Shown here piece after piece: positions 1-8,317 of a stretch of 18,636 bases of DNA. The DNA is taken from IMG/VR virus record IMGVR_UViG_2547132278_000016; one strand, written 5' to 3'. The notes beneath the pieces are model-generated. The model ran no database searches and had not been told where the DNA came from. It saw only the letters and a list, made by a program, of their open reading frames with translations. Numbering within the stretch: position 1 is the stretch's first letter; each line of letters opens with the position of its first letter. This stretch comes from a virus (Duplodnaviria > Heunggongvirae > Uroviricota > Caudoviricetes). Made by a program: the position numbers and the translations under genes.

Positions 1-1284
1 TTACTTCTTCGCCTCTGCAACCACTTTACTACCCACGCCGCGGTTATTGTATTCCCACATGCGGTTGTAGTTAGTGTCATTCAGATTGCGCTGTATTTCG
101 TCGTTATCATCTACGCTGCCGGTATTACCCGCAAACGGACGATTAGAGATCACCGCATCGGCCCACGGTTTAGCCGTGTTAAAACCTTCGTTGATGGCGC
201 TATCACGGATCACCACCTGACCGTTGGTATTGGCATCAACATCCAGCGAGCGGCCCAGTTGCGCCACACCATCACCGAAAGCATTGAAACGGCTGTTTAC
301 GGCGAGGAAACCGTAGTAAATGTTGGACAGCGTAGCCGGTGCAAACACATACGCTTCTTGCTGAGTACGTGAGTTCACCACGCGGAATTCGGTGTTATCG
401 AACACCACTGCGCCGCGACCAGAAACGATATCCACATCCCCTTCAATGTAGCTGTTGGTCACCAGCGTACGCGGCTGACGGTTGGTTTCCAGACGGTTCT
501 GCACACCGCTGTTGGTGACAAAGAAGGTGTTCTGACGACCGAGAATGTTAACGTTGTTAATCTGTACCTGGTCACCATCAGTACGCAGTGCCACCGCCGG
601 ATGGTTACCTGCATCTACGCTATCGCCCAGCGTGTTTTCGATGGTCAGATTTTGCAGTTGCAGGCCATTGTTTTGTGACCAGAAGACCGCAGAGCAGAGA
701 ACACCGATACTGTCGCTGCGTTTGCTCTGGCAGCTATCGTACATATACCACGCTGGTTTACCTGGCATATATTTGCCGCGCGGGTTGACGTCGTGACGCC
801 AGTCGGCAGGGCTCATGCCACCATCAAGGGAAAGCCCAATCTTCACATCAATCGGTTTTTCACCTGTACCGTACAGAGTAATTCCACCCGGAGCGGCAGG
901 GACATATACCGTTCCCTGATACTCACCAGGCATCACGGCAATATACTGGCGCTTGTTGGTACGCTTGATAATTGCCGCATCTACCGCCGCCTGAATCGTG
1001 GTATGCGTTACACCTTGAGTGCCCGCCGGGCCGACAACAAAGTCAGGTTGCGCAGGCAGGGTAATCGGGGAAGGATTCCACGCTGCAGCACCTGGTGTCA
1101 GGGATGCAAAATAGTGTTGAGCATCGAAATTCTGCGCTTCTTTTGCCGACAGAATCGGGCGAGAAGAGGTACCAGGCGCGGTTTGATCAGAAGGACGTTG
1201 ATCGGGCGGGGTTGAGCTACAGGCGGTCAGCGTCACGCCAAAAGCCAATGCCAGCGCCAGACGGGAAACTGAAAATGTGTTCAC
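1..1284 (-). CDS. ybhC: YbhC, pectinesterase-family outer-membrane lipoprotein (host gene flanking lambda attB)
   Basis: 427-aa ORF with lipoprotein signal (…LTACSS…); matches remembered E. coli YbhC over full length; sits directly left of the att core. Confidence 0.9.
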   Translation of the reverse strand: MNTFSVSRLALALAFGVTLTACSSTPPDQRPSDQTAPGTSSRPILSAKEAQNFDAQHYFASLTPGAAAWNPSPITLPAQPDFVVGPAGTQGVTHTTIQAAVDAAIIKRTNKRQYIAVMPGEYQGTVYVPAAPGGITLYGTGEKPIDVKIGLSLDGGMSPADWRHDVNPRGKYMPGKPAWYMYDSCQSKRSDSIGVLCSAVFWSQNNGLQLQNLTIENTLGDSVDAGNHPAVALRTDGDQVQINNVNILGRQNTFFVTNSGVQNRLETNRQPRTLVTNSYIEGDVDIVSGRGAVVFDNTEFRVVNSRTQQEAYVFAPATLSNIYYGFLAVNSRFNAFGDGVAQLGRSLDVDANTNGQVVIRDSAINEGFNTAKPWADAVISNRPFAGNTGSVDDNDEIQRNLNDTNYNRMWEYNNRGVGSKVVAEAKK

Positions 1285-1319
1285 AGGTTGCTCCGGGCTA
1301 TGAAATAGAAAAATGAATC

Positions 1320-1425
1320 CGTTGAAGCCTGCTTTTTTATACTAAGTTGGCATTATAAAAAAGCATTGCTTATCAATTTGTTGCAACGAACAGGTCACTA
1401 TCAGTCAAAATAAAATCATTATTTG
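1320..1425. other. attL: attL: lambda att core GCTTTTTTATACTAA (1331-1345) joined to the P' arm of attP
   Basis: Exact 15-bp lambda core at 1331-1345 followed by GTTGGCATTATAAAAAAGCATTGCTTATCAATTTGTTGCAACGAACAGGTCACTATCAGTCAAAATAAAATCATTATTTG, recognised as the lambda attP P' arm. Confidence 0.8.
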
Positions 1426-2489
1426 ATTTCAATTTTGTCCCACTCCCTGCCTCTGTCATCACGATACTGTGATGCCATGGTGTCCGACTTATGCCCGAGA
1501 AGATGTTGAGCAAACTTATCGCTTATCTGCTTCTCATAGAGTCTTGCAGACAAACTGCGCAACTCGTGAAAGGTAGGCGGATCCCCTTCGAAGGAAAGAC
1601 CTGATGCTTTTCGTGCGCGCATAAAATACCTTGATACTGTGCCGGATGAAAGCGGTTCGCGACGAGTAGATGCAATTATGGTTTCTCCGCCAAGAATCTC
1701 TTTGCATTTATCAAGTGTTTCCTTCATTGATATTCCGAGAGCATCAACATGCAATGCTGTTGGGATGGCAATTTTTACGCCTGTTTTGCTTTGCTCGACA
1801 TAAAGATATCCATCTACGATATCAGACCACTTCATTTCGCATAAATCACCAACTCGTTGCCCGGTAACAACAGCCAGTTCCATTGCAAGTCTGAGCCAAC
1901 ATGGTGATGATTCTGCTGCTTGATAAATTTTCAGGTATTCGTCAGCCGTAAGTCTTGATCTCCTTACCTCTGATTTTGCTGCGCGAGTGGCAGCGACAGG
2001 GTTTGTTGTTATATGGCCTTCAGCTATTGCCTCTCGGAATGCATCGCTCAGTGTTGATCTGATTAACTTGGCTGACGCCGCCTTGCCCTCGTCTATGTAT
2101 CCATTGAGCATTGCCGCAATTTCTTTTGTGGTGATGTCTTCAAGTGGAGCATCAGGCAGACCCCTCCTTATTGCTTTAATTTTGCTCATGTAATTTATGA
2201 GTGTCTTCTGCTTGATTCCTCTGCTGGCCAGGATTTTTTCGTAGCGATCAAGCCATGAATGTAACGTAACGGAATTATCACTGTTGATTCTCGCTGTCAG
2301 AGGCTTGTGTTTGTGTCCTGAAAATAACTCAATGTTGGCCTGTATAGCTTCAGTGATTGCGATTCGCCTGTCTCGGCCTAATCCAAACTCTTTACCCGTC
2401 CTTGGGTCCCTGTAGCAGTAATATCCATTGTTTCTTATATAAAGGTTAGGGGGTAAATCCCGGCGCTCATGACTTCGCCTTCTTCCCAT
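1419..2489 (-). CDS. int: Lambda-type integrase (tyrosine recombinase)
   Basis: 356-aa ORF; translation matches remembered lambda Int end to end (MGRRRSHERRDLPPNLYIRNNGYYCYRDP…WDKIEIK). Confidence 0.95.
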   Translation of the reverse strand: MGRRRSHERRDLPPNLYIRNNGYYCYRDPRTGKEFGLGRDRRIAITEAIQANIELFSGHKHKPLTARINSDNSVTLHSWLDRYEKILASRGIKQKTLINYMSKIKAIRRGLPDAPLEDITTKEIAAMLNGYIDEGKAASAKLIRSTLSDAFREAIAEGHITTNPVAATRAAKSEVRRSRLTADEYLKIYQAAESSPCWLRLAMELAVVTGQRVGDLCEMKWSDIVDGYLYVEQSKTGVKIAIPTALHVDALGISMKETLDKCKEILGGETIIASTRREPLSSGTVSRYFMRARKASGLSFEGDPPTFHELRSLSARLYEKQISDKFAQHLLGHKSDTMASQYRDDRGREWDKIEIK

Positions 2490-2685
2490 TTCTGATCCTC
2501 TTCAAAAGGCTACCTGTTACTGGTCGATTTAAGTCAACCTTTACCGCTGATTCGTGGAACAGATATTCTCTTCCATCCTTAACCGGAGGAGGGAATATCC
2601 TGCATTCGCGCACCCATCGACGAACTGTTTCAAGGCTTCTTGGGCGTCGCTGGCGAGCGTTCCACTCCTGAAGTGTCAAGTACAT
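2467..2685 (-). CDS. xis: Excisionase
   Basis: 72-aa ORF MYLTLQEWNARQRRPRSLETVRRWVRE… matching lambda Xis; overlaps the int start as in lambda. Confidence 0.9.
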   Translation of the reverse strand: MYLTLQEWNARQRRPRSLETVRRWVRECRIFPPPVKDGREYLFHESAVKVDLNRPVTGSLLKRIRNGKKAKS

Positions 2686-2724
2686 CGCAAAGTCTCCGCA
2701 ATTACACGCAAGAAAAAACCGCCA

Positions 2725-2892
2725 TCAGGCGGCTTGGTGTTCTTTCAGTTCTTCAATTCGAATATTGGTTACGTCTGCATGTGCTATCTGCGCCCACAGC
2801 ATCCAGTGGTCATAGCAGTCGCTGATGTTCTCGGCTTCGATAACTCTGTTGAATGGTTCTCCATTCCATTCACCTGTGACTCGGAAGTGCAT
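2725..2892 (-). CDS. Small hypothetical protein (55 aa) downstream of xis-side accessory region
   Basis: Hand translation of the - strand: MHFRVTGEWNGEPFNRVIEAENISDCYDHWMLWAQIAHADVTNIRIEELKEHQAA; below the 60-aa ORF-track cutoff; position corresponds to the small ORF after xis in lambda. Confidence 0.5.
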   Translation of the reverse strand: MHFRVTGEWNGEPFNRVIEAENISDCYDHWMLWAQIAHADVTNIRIEELKEHQAA

Positions 2893-2929
2893 TTATCATC
2901 TCCATAAAACAAAACCCGCCGTAGCGAGT

Positions 2930-2961
2930 TCAGATAAAAGAAATCCTCGTCAGTGCGAGGA
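2930..2961 (-). terminator. Putative intrinsic terminator (weak)
   Basis: Stem TCCTCG/CGAGGA (2944-2949 / 2956-2961) with a T-rich tract following on the - strand. Confidence 0.3.
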
Positions 2962-3134
2962 TGCTGTTCATTGCTGCTATACACTTTTTTGCTCTCAACG
3001 TAAGCGGTAGCCCATTCTGTTGGGTTGGTGCAGTTGCTTTTAGGAAATGCTATTTACCCCTTAAATGTCGGCTGAAAGAGCTAAAATCCATGCAAAAAAT
3101 TTACGCAATTTTGTGTATTATTGTGCAGTAAGTA

Positions 3135-3737
3135 ATGAGCTATTTTCTGCGCAAAAAATGGATGGTAAATTTGTCCGGGTCAGGAAAAATTTTATGGGCG
3201 CTAAACATGAAAAAAGATTCGTATCCTTATTTGATTTGCATGACAGTTTCAGGGCTGATCTTTATTTTCCTTTTCTTCTGGTGGCGGGCAGATATCTACA
3301 GGGTCACGTTTCTTAATCAGAGTATATCCCACTATTACATTCTGTTTAGCATGGGAATAGCTTTTCTGTTATCTCTGTTTTGGGTTAAGAAGGGGATAGT
3401 AAAACAAAGCGGCTGGAAGAGTCTGTCAGCATACCTTAAGGTTTATGCAGGGATGTGCATATTTGCTGGATTTTTTCTGATTATACCCCTTACGACACTA
3501 ACTTATTTTTTGCCTGGAGAGACATCGTCTTATGTTGCACCGTATCGGTATACTTCCGGTAGTTCAAAAAGTTGTTCTGGAGCTGAGGTGGATGACCCCG
3601 ATCTACATGAGAATATTCGCATTTGCTATCCGTATGGCAATTATGAGTACGATAATATTATCTATGTTGAAAAGAAAATTAATATATTAGGTGCGGTAGT
3701 GACATATGCACAGACCGCGCGTGATGATACTGAATGA
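3135..3737 (+). CDS. Hypothetical integral membrane protein (about 3 TM helices plus a ~70-aa Cys-containing C-terminal domain); accessory gene
   Basis: 200-aa ORF on the strand opposite the flanking leftward operon; hydrophobic segments LICMTVSGLIFIFLFFWW, YILFSMGIAFLLSLFWV, VYAGMCIFAGFFLIIPLTTL; AT-rich context; start uncertain (in-frame ATGs at 3135, 3162, 3207; MKKDSYPY… at 3207 looks like a typical membrane-protein N-terminus). Confidence 0.6.
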   Translation: MSYFLRKKWMVNLSGSGKILWALNMKKDSYPYLICMTVSGLIFIFLFFWWRADIYRVTFLNQSISHYYILFSMGIAFLLSLFWVKKGIVKQSGWKSLSAYLKVYAGMCIFAGFFLIIPLTTLTYFLPGETSSYVAPYRYTSGSSKSCSGAEVDDPDLHENIRICYPYGNYEYDNIIYVEKKINILGAVVTYAQTARDDTE

Positions 3738-3771
3738 TATAGTATATAGCGGGCAAGTTTTAGTTAATTTA

Positions 3772-3800
3772 TCGAGGTAATATAATTTACCTCGACTCGT
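3772..3800 (+). terminator. Putative terminator after the membrane-protein gene
   Basis: 9-bp inverted repeat TCGAGGTAA / TTACCTCGA (3772-3780 / 3787-3795) followed by a moderately T-rich stretch. Confidence 0.35.
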
Positions 3801-3947
3801 TTGTTCTGGTATTAATATTTCGCTTTACGACCGATTTTTATCTGATGATATCATGCGGTTTTCATATACTGACTTACTGTCTTTTCTCCGTTAGCGATTT
3901 TCTCCTGCTCAGCGATGATTTTATCTTTGGCTTCTAGTTAATTTCGC

Positions 3948-4169
3948 TCACTTCGAACCTCTCTGTTTACTGATAAGCTCCAGATCTTGCTGGCAACTGG
4001 CACAAGTCCGACAACCCTGAACGGCCAGTCGTCTTCGTTCATCTATCGGATCGCCACACTCACAACAATGAGTGGCAGATATAGCCTGGTGGTTCAGGCG
4101 GCGCATTTTTATTGCTGTGTTGCGCTGTAATTCTTCAATTTCTGATGCTGAATCAATTATGTCTGCCAT
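3948..4169 (-). CDS. TraR/DksA-family C4 zinc-finger protein (lambda Orf73-like)
   Basis: 73-aa ORF with CxxC…CxxC (CCECGDPIDERRRLAVQGCRTCASC), typical of TraR-like proteins. Confidence 0.75.
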   Translation of the reverse strand: MADIIDSASEIEELQRNTAIKMRRLNHQAISATHCCECGDPIDERRRLAVQGCRTCASCQQDLELISKQRGSK

Positions 4170-4220
4170 CTTTCATTAATCCCTGAATTGTTGGTTAATA
4201 CGCTTGAGGGTGAATGCGAA

Positions 4221-4246
4221 TAATAAAAAAGGAGCCTGTAGCTCCC
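4221..4246 (-). terminator. Putative weak intrinsic terminator in the leftward operon
   Basis: Stem GGAGC/GCTCC (4231-4235 / 4241-4245) followed on the - strand by TTTTTT. Confidence 0.35.
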
Positions 4247-4267
4247 TGATGATTTTGCTTTTCATGT

Positions 4268-4483
4268 TCACCGTTCCTTAAAGACGCCGTTCAACATGCC
4301 GATCGCCAGGCTTAAATGAGTCGGTGTGAATCCCATCAGCGTTACCGTTTCGCGGTGCTTCTTTAGTACGCTACGGCAAATGTCATCGACGTTTTTATCC
4401 GGAAACTGCTGTCTGGCTTTTTTGATTTCAGAATTAGCCTGACGGGCAATGCTGCGAAGGGCGTTTTCTTGCTGAGGTGTCAT
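4268..4483 (-). CDS. Hypothetical phage protein (71 aa)
   Basis: ORF in the leftward operon; start taken at internal ATG 4483 (MTPQQENALRSIARQ…), which overlaps the stop of the upstream small ORF (ATGA). Confidence 0.55.
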   Translation of the reverse strand: MTPQQENALRSIARQANSEIKKARQQFPDKNVDDICRSVLKKHRETVTLMGFTPTHLSLAIGMLNGVFKER

Positions 4484-4563
4484 TGAACAAGCCCCATGTC
4501 GGCAAGCATAAGCACACAGAATATGAAGCCCGCTGCCAGAAAAATGCATTCAGTGGTTGTCAT
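4480..4563 (-). CDS. Putative 27-aa hydrophobic peptide, translationally coupled on both sides
   Basis: Hand translation MTTTECIFLAAGFIFCVLMLADMGLVQ; its ATG overlaps the stop of the upstream ORF (ATGA) and its stop overlaps the ATG of the downstream ORF (ATGA). Confidence 0.3.
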   Translation of the reverse strand: MTTTECIFLAAGFIFCVLMLADMGLVQ

Positions 4564-4751
4564 ACCTGGTCTCTCTCATCTGCTTCTGCTTTCGCCACCA
4601 TCATTTCCAGCTTTTGTGAAAGGGATGCGGCTAACGTATGAAATTCTTCGTCTGTTTCTACTGGTATTGGCACAAACCTGACTCCAATTTGAGCGAGGCT
4701 ATGTGCCATCTCGATACTCGTTCTTAACTCAACGGGAGATGCTTTGTGCAT
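4560..4751 (-). CDS. Small hypothetical protein (63 aa), lambda orf63-like by position and size
   Basis: 63-aa [29 protein letters not shown]… in the leftward operon between exo and xis. Confidence 0.55.
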   Translation of the reverse strand: MHKASPVELRTSIEMAHSLAQIGVRFVPIPVETDEEFHTLAASLSQKLEMMVAKAEADERDQV

Positions 4752-4912
4752 ACAGCTCCCCGTTTATTATTTATCTCCTCAGCCAGCCGCTGTGCTTTCA
4801 GGGGATTTCTGATAACAGAAAGGCCGGGAAATACCCAGCCTCGCTTTGTAACGGAGTAGACGAAAGTGATCGCACCTACCCGGATATTATCGTGAGGATG
4901 CTTCATCGCCAT
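4724..4912 (-). CDS. Small hypothetical protein (62 aa), lambda orf60a-like by position
   Basis: ORF starts 7 bp upstream of the exo stop and overlaps the next ORF; compact operon organisation. Confidence 0.5.
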   Translation of the reverse strand: MAMKHPHDNIRVGAITFVYSVTKRGWVFPGLSVIRNPLKAQRLAEEINNKRGAVCTKHLPLS

Positions 4913-5583
4913 TGCTCCCCAAATACAAAACCAATTTCAGCCAGTGCCTCGTCCATTTTTTCGATGAACTCCGGCACCATCTCGTCAAAACTCGCCATGT
5001 ACTTTTCATCCCGCTCAACCACGACATAATGCAGGCCTTCACGCTTCATACGCGGGTCATAGTTGGCAAAGTACCAGGCATCTTTTCGCGTCACCCACAT
5101 GCTGTACTGCACCTGGGCCATGTAAGCCGACTTTATGGCCTCGAAACCACCGAGCCGGAACTTCATGAAATCCCGGGAGGTAAACGGGCATTTCAGCTCA
5201 AGGCCATTGCCGTCACTGCATAAACCATCGGGAGAGCAGGCGGTACGCATACTTTCGTCGCGATAGATGATCGGGGATTCAGTAACATTCACGCCGGAAG
5301 TGAATTCAAACAGAGTTCTGGCGTCGTTCTCGTACTGTTTTCCCCATGCCAGCGCCTTAGCATTAACTTCCGGAGCCACACCGGTGCAAACCTCAGCCAG
5401 CAGGGTGTGGAAGTAGGACATTTTCATGTCAGGCCACTTTTTTCCGGAGCGGGGTTTTGCTATCACATTGTGAACTTCTGAAGCGGTGATGACGCCGAGC
5501 CGTAATTTGTGCCACGCATCATCCCCCTGTTCGACAGCTCTCACGTCGATTCCGGTACGCTGCAGGATAATGTCCGGTGTCAT
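4903..5583 (-). CDS. exo: Lambda exonuclease (Red alpha)
   Basis: 226-aa translation [40 protein letters not shown]… matches remembered lambda Exo; ATGA overlap with the bet stop. Confidence 0.95.
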   Translation of the reverse strand: MTPDIILQRTGIDVRAVEQGDDAWHKLRLGVITASEVHNVIAKPRSGKKWPDMKMSYFHTLLAEVCTGVAPEVNAKALAWGKQYENDARTLFEFTSGVNVTESPIIYRDESMRTACSPDGLCSDGNGLELKCPFTSRDFMKFRLGGFEAIKSAYMAQVQYSMWVTRKDAWYFANYDPRMKREGLHYVVVERDEKYMASFDEMVPEFIEKMDEALAEIGFVFGEQWR

Positions 5584-6365
5584 GCAGCCACCTTCTGCTC
5601 AGTGGCTTTCTGTTTCAGGAATCCAAGAGCTTTCACTGCTTCGGCCTGTGTCAGTTCTGACGATGCGCGAATGTCGCGGCGAAATATCTGGGAACAGAGC
5701 GGCAATAAGTCGTCATCCCATGTTTTATCCAGGGCAATCAGCAGAGTGTTAATCTCCTGCATGGTTTCATCGTTAACCGGAGTGATGTCGCGTTCCGGCT
5801 GACGTTCTGCAGTGTATGCGGTATTTTCGACAATGCGCTCGGCTTCATCCTTGTCATAGATACCCGCAAATCCGAAGGCGAGACGGGCACACTGAATCAT
5901 GGCTTTATGCCGTAACATCCGTTTGGGATGCGACTGCCACGGTCCGGTGATTTCTCTGCCTTCGCGGGTTTTGAATGGTTCGCGGCGGCATTCATCCATC
6001 CACTCGGTAACGCAGATCGGATGATTGCGGTCCTTGCGGTAAATCCGGCATGTGCAGGATTCATTGTCCTGCTCAAAGTCCATGCCATCAAACTGCTGGT
6101 TTTCATTGATGATACGGGACCAGCCATCAACGCCCACCACCGGAACGATGCCGTTCTGCTTGTCAGGGAAGGCGTAAATTTCTTTCGTCCACGGATTAAG
6201 GCCGTACTGGTTGGCGACGATCAGCAATGCGATGAACTGCGCATCGCTGGCATCACCTTTAAATGCCGTCTGGCGAAGAGTGGTGATCAGTTCCTGTGGG
6301 TCGACAGAATCCATGCCGACGCGTTCAGCCAGCTTCCCAGCCAGCGTTGCGAGTGCTGTACTCAT
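5580..6365 (-). CDS. bet: Bet (Red beta) single-strand annealing protein
   Basis: 261-aa translation [37 protein letters not shown]… matches lambda Bet. Confidence 0.95.
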   Translation of the reverse strand: MSTALATLAGKLAERVGMDSVDPQELITTLRQTAFKGDASDAQFIALLIVANQYGLNPWTKEIYAFPDKQNGIVPVVGVDGWSRIINENQQFDGMDFEQDNESCTCRIYRKDRNHPICVTEWMDECRREPFKTREGREITGPWQSHPKRMLRHKAMIQCARLAFGFAGIYDKDEAERIVENTAYTAERQPERDITPVNDETMQEINTLLIALDKTWDDDLLPLCSQIFRRDIRASSELTQAEAVKALGFLKQKATEQKVAA

Positions 6366-6370
6366 CCGTT

Positions 6371-6787
6371 TTATACCTCTGAATCAATATCAACCTGGTG
6401 GTGAGCAATGGTTTCAACCATGTACCGGATGTGTTCTGCCATGCGCTCCTGAAACTCAACATCGTCATCAAACGCACGGGTAATGGCTTTTTTGCTGGCC
6501 CCGTGGCGTTGTAAATGATCGATGCAGAGTGATTCAAACAGGTGCTGGGGCAGACCTTTTTCCATGTCGTCTGCCAGTTCTGCCTCTTTCTCTTCACGGG
6601 CGATCTGCTGGTAGTGACGCGTCCAGCTCTGAGCCTCAAGACGATCCTGAATGTAATAAGCGTTCATGGCTGAACTCCTGAAATAGCTGTGAAAATATCG
6701 CCCGCGAAATGCCGGGCTGATTAGGAAAACAGGAAAGGGGGTTAGTGAATGCTTTTGCTTGATCTCAGTTTCAGTATTAATATCCAT
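6371..6787 (-). CDS. gam: Gam, RecBCD inhibitor (138-aa long form; short form would start at 6667)
   Basis: Translation contains [98 protein letters not shown], matching lambda Gam. Confidence 0.9.
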   Translation of the reverse strand: MDINTETEIKQKHSLTPFPVFLISPAFRGRYFHSYFRSSAMNAYYIQDRLEAQSWTRHYQQIAREEKEAELADDMEKGLPQHLFESLCIDHLQRHGASKKAITRAFDDDVEFQERMAEHIRYMVETIAHHQVDIDSEV

Positions 6788-6885
6788 TTTTTATAAGCGT
6801 CGACGGCCTCACGAAACATCTTTTCATCGCCAATAAAAGTGGCGATAGTGAATTTAGTCTGGATAGCCATAAGTGTTTGATCCAT
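6742..6885 (-). CDS. kil: Kil (host-killing / FtsZ-inhibiting small protein)
   Basis: 47-aa [50 protein letters not shown], the C-terminal part of the longer 89-aa track ORF; overlaps gam and cIII as in lambda. Confidence 0.8.
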   Translation of the reverse strand: MDQTLMAIQTKFTIATFIGDEKMFREAVDAYKKWILILKLRSSKSIH

Positions 6886-7018
6886 TTTTTGGGACTCCTG
6901 GCTGATTAAGTATGTCGATAAGGCGTTTCCATCCGTCACGTAATTTACGGGTGATTCGTTCAAGTAAAGATTCGGAAGGGCAGCCAGCAACAGGCCACCC
7001 TGCAATGGCATATTGCAT
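6854..7018 (-). CDS. cIII: CIII (FtsH inhibitor stabilising CII)
   Basis: Hand translation of the - strand from ATG at 7018: [54 protein letters not shown] (54 aa); below the ORF-track cutoff. Confidence 0.85.
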   Translation of the reverse strand: MQYAIAGWPVAGCPSESLLERITRKLRDGWKRLIDILNQPGVPKNGSNTYGYPD

Positions 7019-7090
7019 GGTGTGCTCCTTATTTATACATAACGAAAAACGCCTCGAGTGAAGCGTTATTGGTATGCGGTAACGCCGCGC

Positions 7091-7459
7091 TCAGGCGGCT
7101 TTGATAGTCATATCATCTGAATCAAATATTCCTGATGTATCGATATCGGTAATTCTTATTCCTTCGCTACCATCCATTGGAGGCCATCCTTCCTGACCAT
7201 TTCCATCATTCCAGTCGAACTCACACACAACACCATATGCATTTAAGTCGCTTGAAATTGCTATAAGCAGAGCATGTTGCGCCAGCATGATTAATACAGC
7301 ATTTAATACAGAGCCGTGTTTATTGAGTCGGTATTCAGAGTCTGACCAGAAATTATTAATCTGGTGAAGTTTTTCCTCTGTCATTACGTCATGGTCGATT
7401 TCAATTTCTATTGATGCTTTCCAGTCGTAATCAATGATATATTTTTTGATGTTTGACAT
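7091..7459 (-). CDS. ea10: Ea10-like protein
   Basis: 122-aa ORF MSNIKKYIIDYDWKASIEIEIDHDVMTEEKLHQINNFW… matching remembered lambda Ea10. Confidence 0.8.
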   Translation of the reverse strand: MSNIKKYIIDYDWKASIEIEIDHDVMTEEKLHQINNFWSDSEYRLNKHGSVLNAVLIMLAQHALLIAISSDLNAYGVVCEFDWNDGNGQEGWPPMDGSEGIRITDIDTSGIFDSDDMTIKAA

Positions 7460-7477
7460 CTATTCATATCCTCACAG

Positions 7478-7505
7478 ATAAAAAATCGCCCTCACATTGG
7501 AGGGC
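7478..7505 (-). terminator. Intrinsic terminator in the leftward (pL) operon upstream of ea10
   Basis: Stem GCCCTC/GAGGGC (7488-7493 / 7500-7505) followed on the - strand by ATTTTTTAT. Confidence 0.45.
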
Positions 7506-7719
7506 AAAGAAGATTTCCAATAATCAGAACAAGTCGGCTCCTGTTTAGTTACGAGCGACATTGCTCAGTGTATTCACTCGTTGGAATGAATACACAGTGC
7601 AGTGTTTATTAGTATGCCTGTCTTTTAACCACATCAGGCTCGGTGGTTCTCGTGTACCCCTACAGCGAGAAATCGGATAAACTCTATTCACCCCTACAGA
7701 GAGCAAAAGAGAAACGCCG

Positions 7720-8301
7720 ATGAACAACTCATGGTGGCAGGAACTAATGCATTTTTTCCTGCAAGGAATGACACTTAAACAGTTGATTCATATGCTAATC
7801 ATCCTGATCATATTGATTATTGTTATGCCTGTAAGCGTAAAAGAATGGATAAACCTGCATAATCCAGAAATCCTTCCTCATTACTGGATGTATTACATCC
7901 TGTTGTTTTGCGTTAGCTATGTGCTTAACGGCGTTGTTAATTCCGCTTATCACGCTGTGACTGAAAGAATTGAGATATTCGCTGCTCAGAAGCGCAAATC
8001 TAAAGAAGAGAAATACGTGCAAGATTTGTTTGATTCGTTAACTCTTGGAGAAAGAGCGTATTTGGCATTCGCTGTAGCCGCTAATAACCAGCTAAAGACA
8101 GAAAAGGGAAGCCCTGAAGCAATCTCATTGCTCGAAAAAGGGCTTCTTATTCGGGTACCTTCTGCTACTGGATATCCTGAAATCGACCGTTTTGTTATCC
8201 CGGAACGCTATAGAAATGAGTGCTACATTAGGTTTGCTGGGAAGAAAGACAGTCTTATGGATGAACTTATCGCTCAGGATAAGCATGGCAAAAACAAGTA
8301 A
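7720..8301 (+). CDS. sieB: Superinfection exclusion protein B
   Basis: 193-aa membrane protein MNNSWWQELMHFFLQGMTLKQLIHMLIILIILIIVMPVSV… matching lambda SieB; converges on the N-like gene. Confidence 0.85.
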   Translation: MNNSWWQELMHFFLQGMTLKQLIHMLIILIILIIVMPVSVKEWINLHNPEILPHYWMYYILLFCVSYVLNGVVNSAYHAVTERIEIFAAQKRKSKEEKYVQDLFDSLTLGERAYLAFAVAANNQLKTEKGSPEAISLLEKGLLIRVPSATGYPEIDRFVIPERYRNECYIRFAGKKDSLMDELIAQDKHGKNK

Positions 8302-8317
8302 TTAGCAAATTAATTTA

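Noticed and set aside
545-1316. Four + strand ORFs (83, 66, 140, 73 aa) inside ybhC
   Set aside because: Entirely antisense to a confidently identified full-length gene; no RBS and no recognisable features; typical out-of-frame shadow ORFs
1670-2193. + strand ORFs (65 and 68 aa) inside int
   Set aside because: Antisense to integrase; no independent support
3065-3316. 83-aa + strand ORF overlapping the start of the membrane-protein gene in another frame
   Set aside because: Out-of-frame overlap with the longer hydrophobic ORF; low-complexity translation; more likely a shadow ORF, though the true start of the membrane gene remains uncertain
4185-4265. 29-codon - strand frame between the 71-aa ORF and the TraR-like gene
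   Set aside because: Overlaps the putative terminator hairpin, has no clear RBS, and the translation is unremarkable; not reported as a gene
5897-6483. ORFs of 77, 158 and 90 aa overlapping bet and gam
   Set aside because: Antisense or out of frame relative to bet/gam, which match known proteins over their full length
6742-7011. 89-aa form of the kil-frame ORF
   Set aside because: The upstream 42 codons overlap cIII in another frame; the 47-aa Kil from the internal ATG (6885) matches the known protein, so the extension is treated as an artefact
7545-7727. 60-aa - strand ORF between ea10 and sieB (possible ral replacement)
   Set aside because: Does not resemble Ral, overlaps the sieB start, has no RBS; judged spurious
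8302-8317. Convergent sieB and N-like genes separated by only 16 bp as a possible anomaly
   Set aside because: The same convergent arrangement is the normal lambda organisation as far as I recall, so it is not unusual in itself
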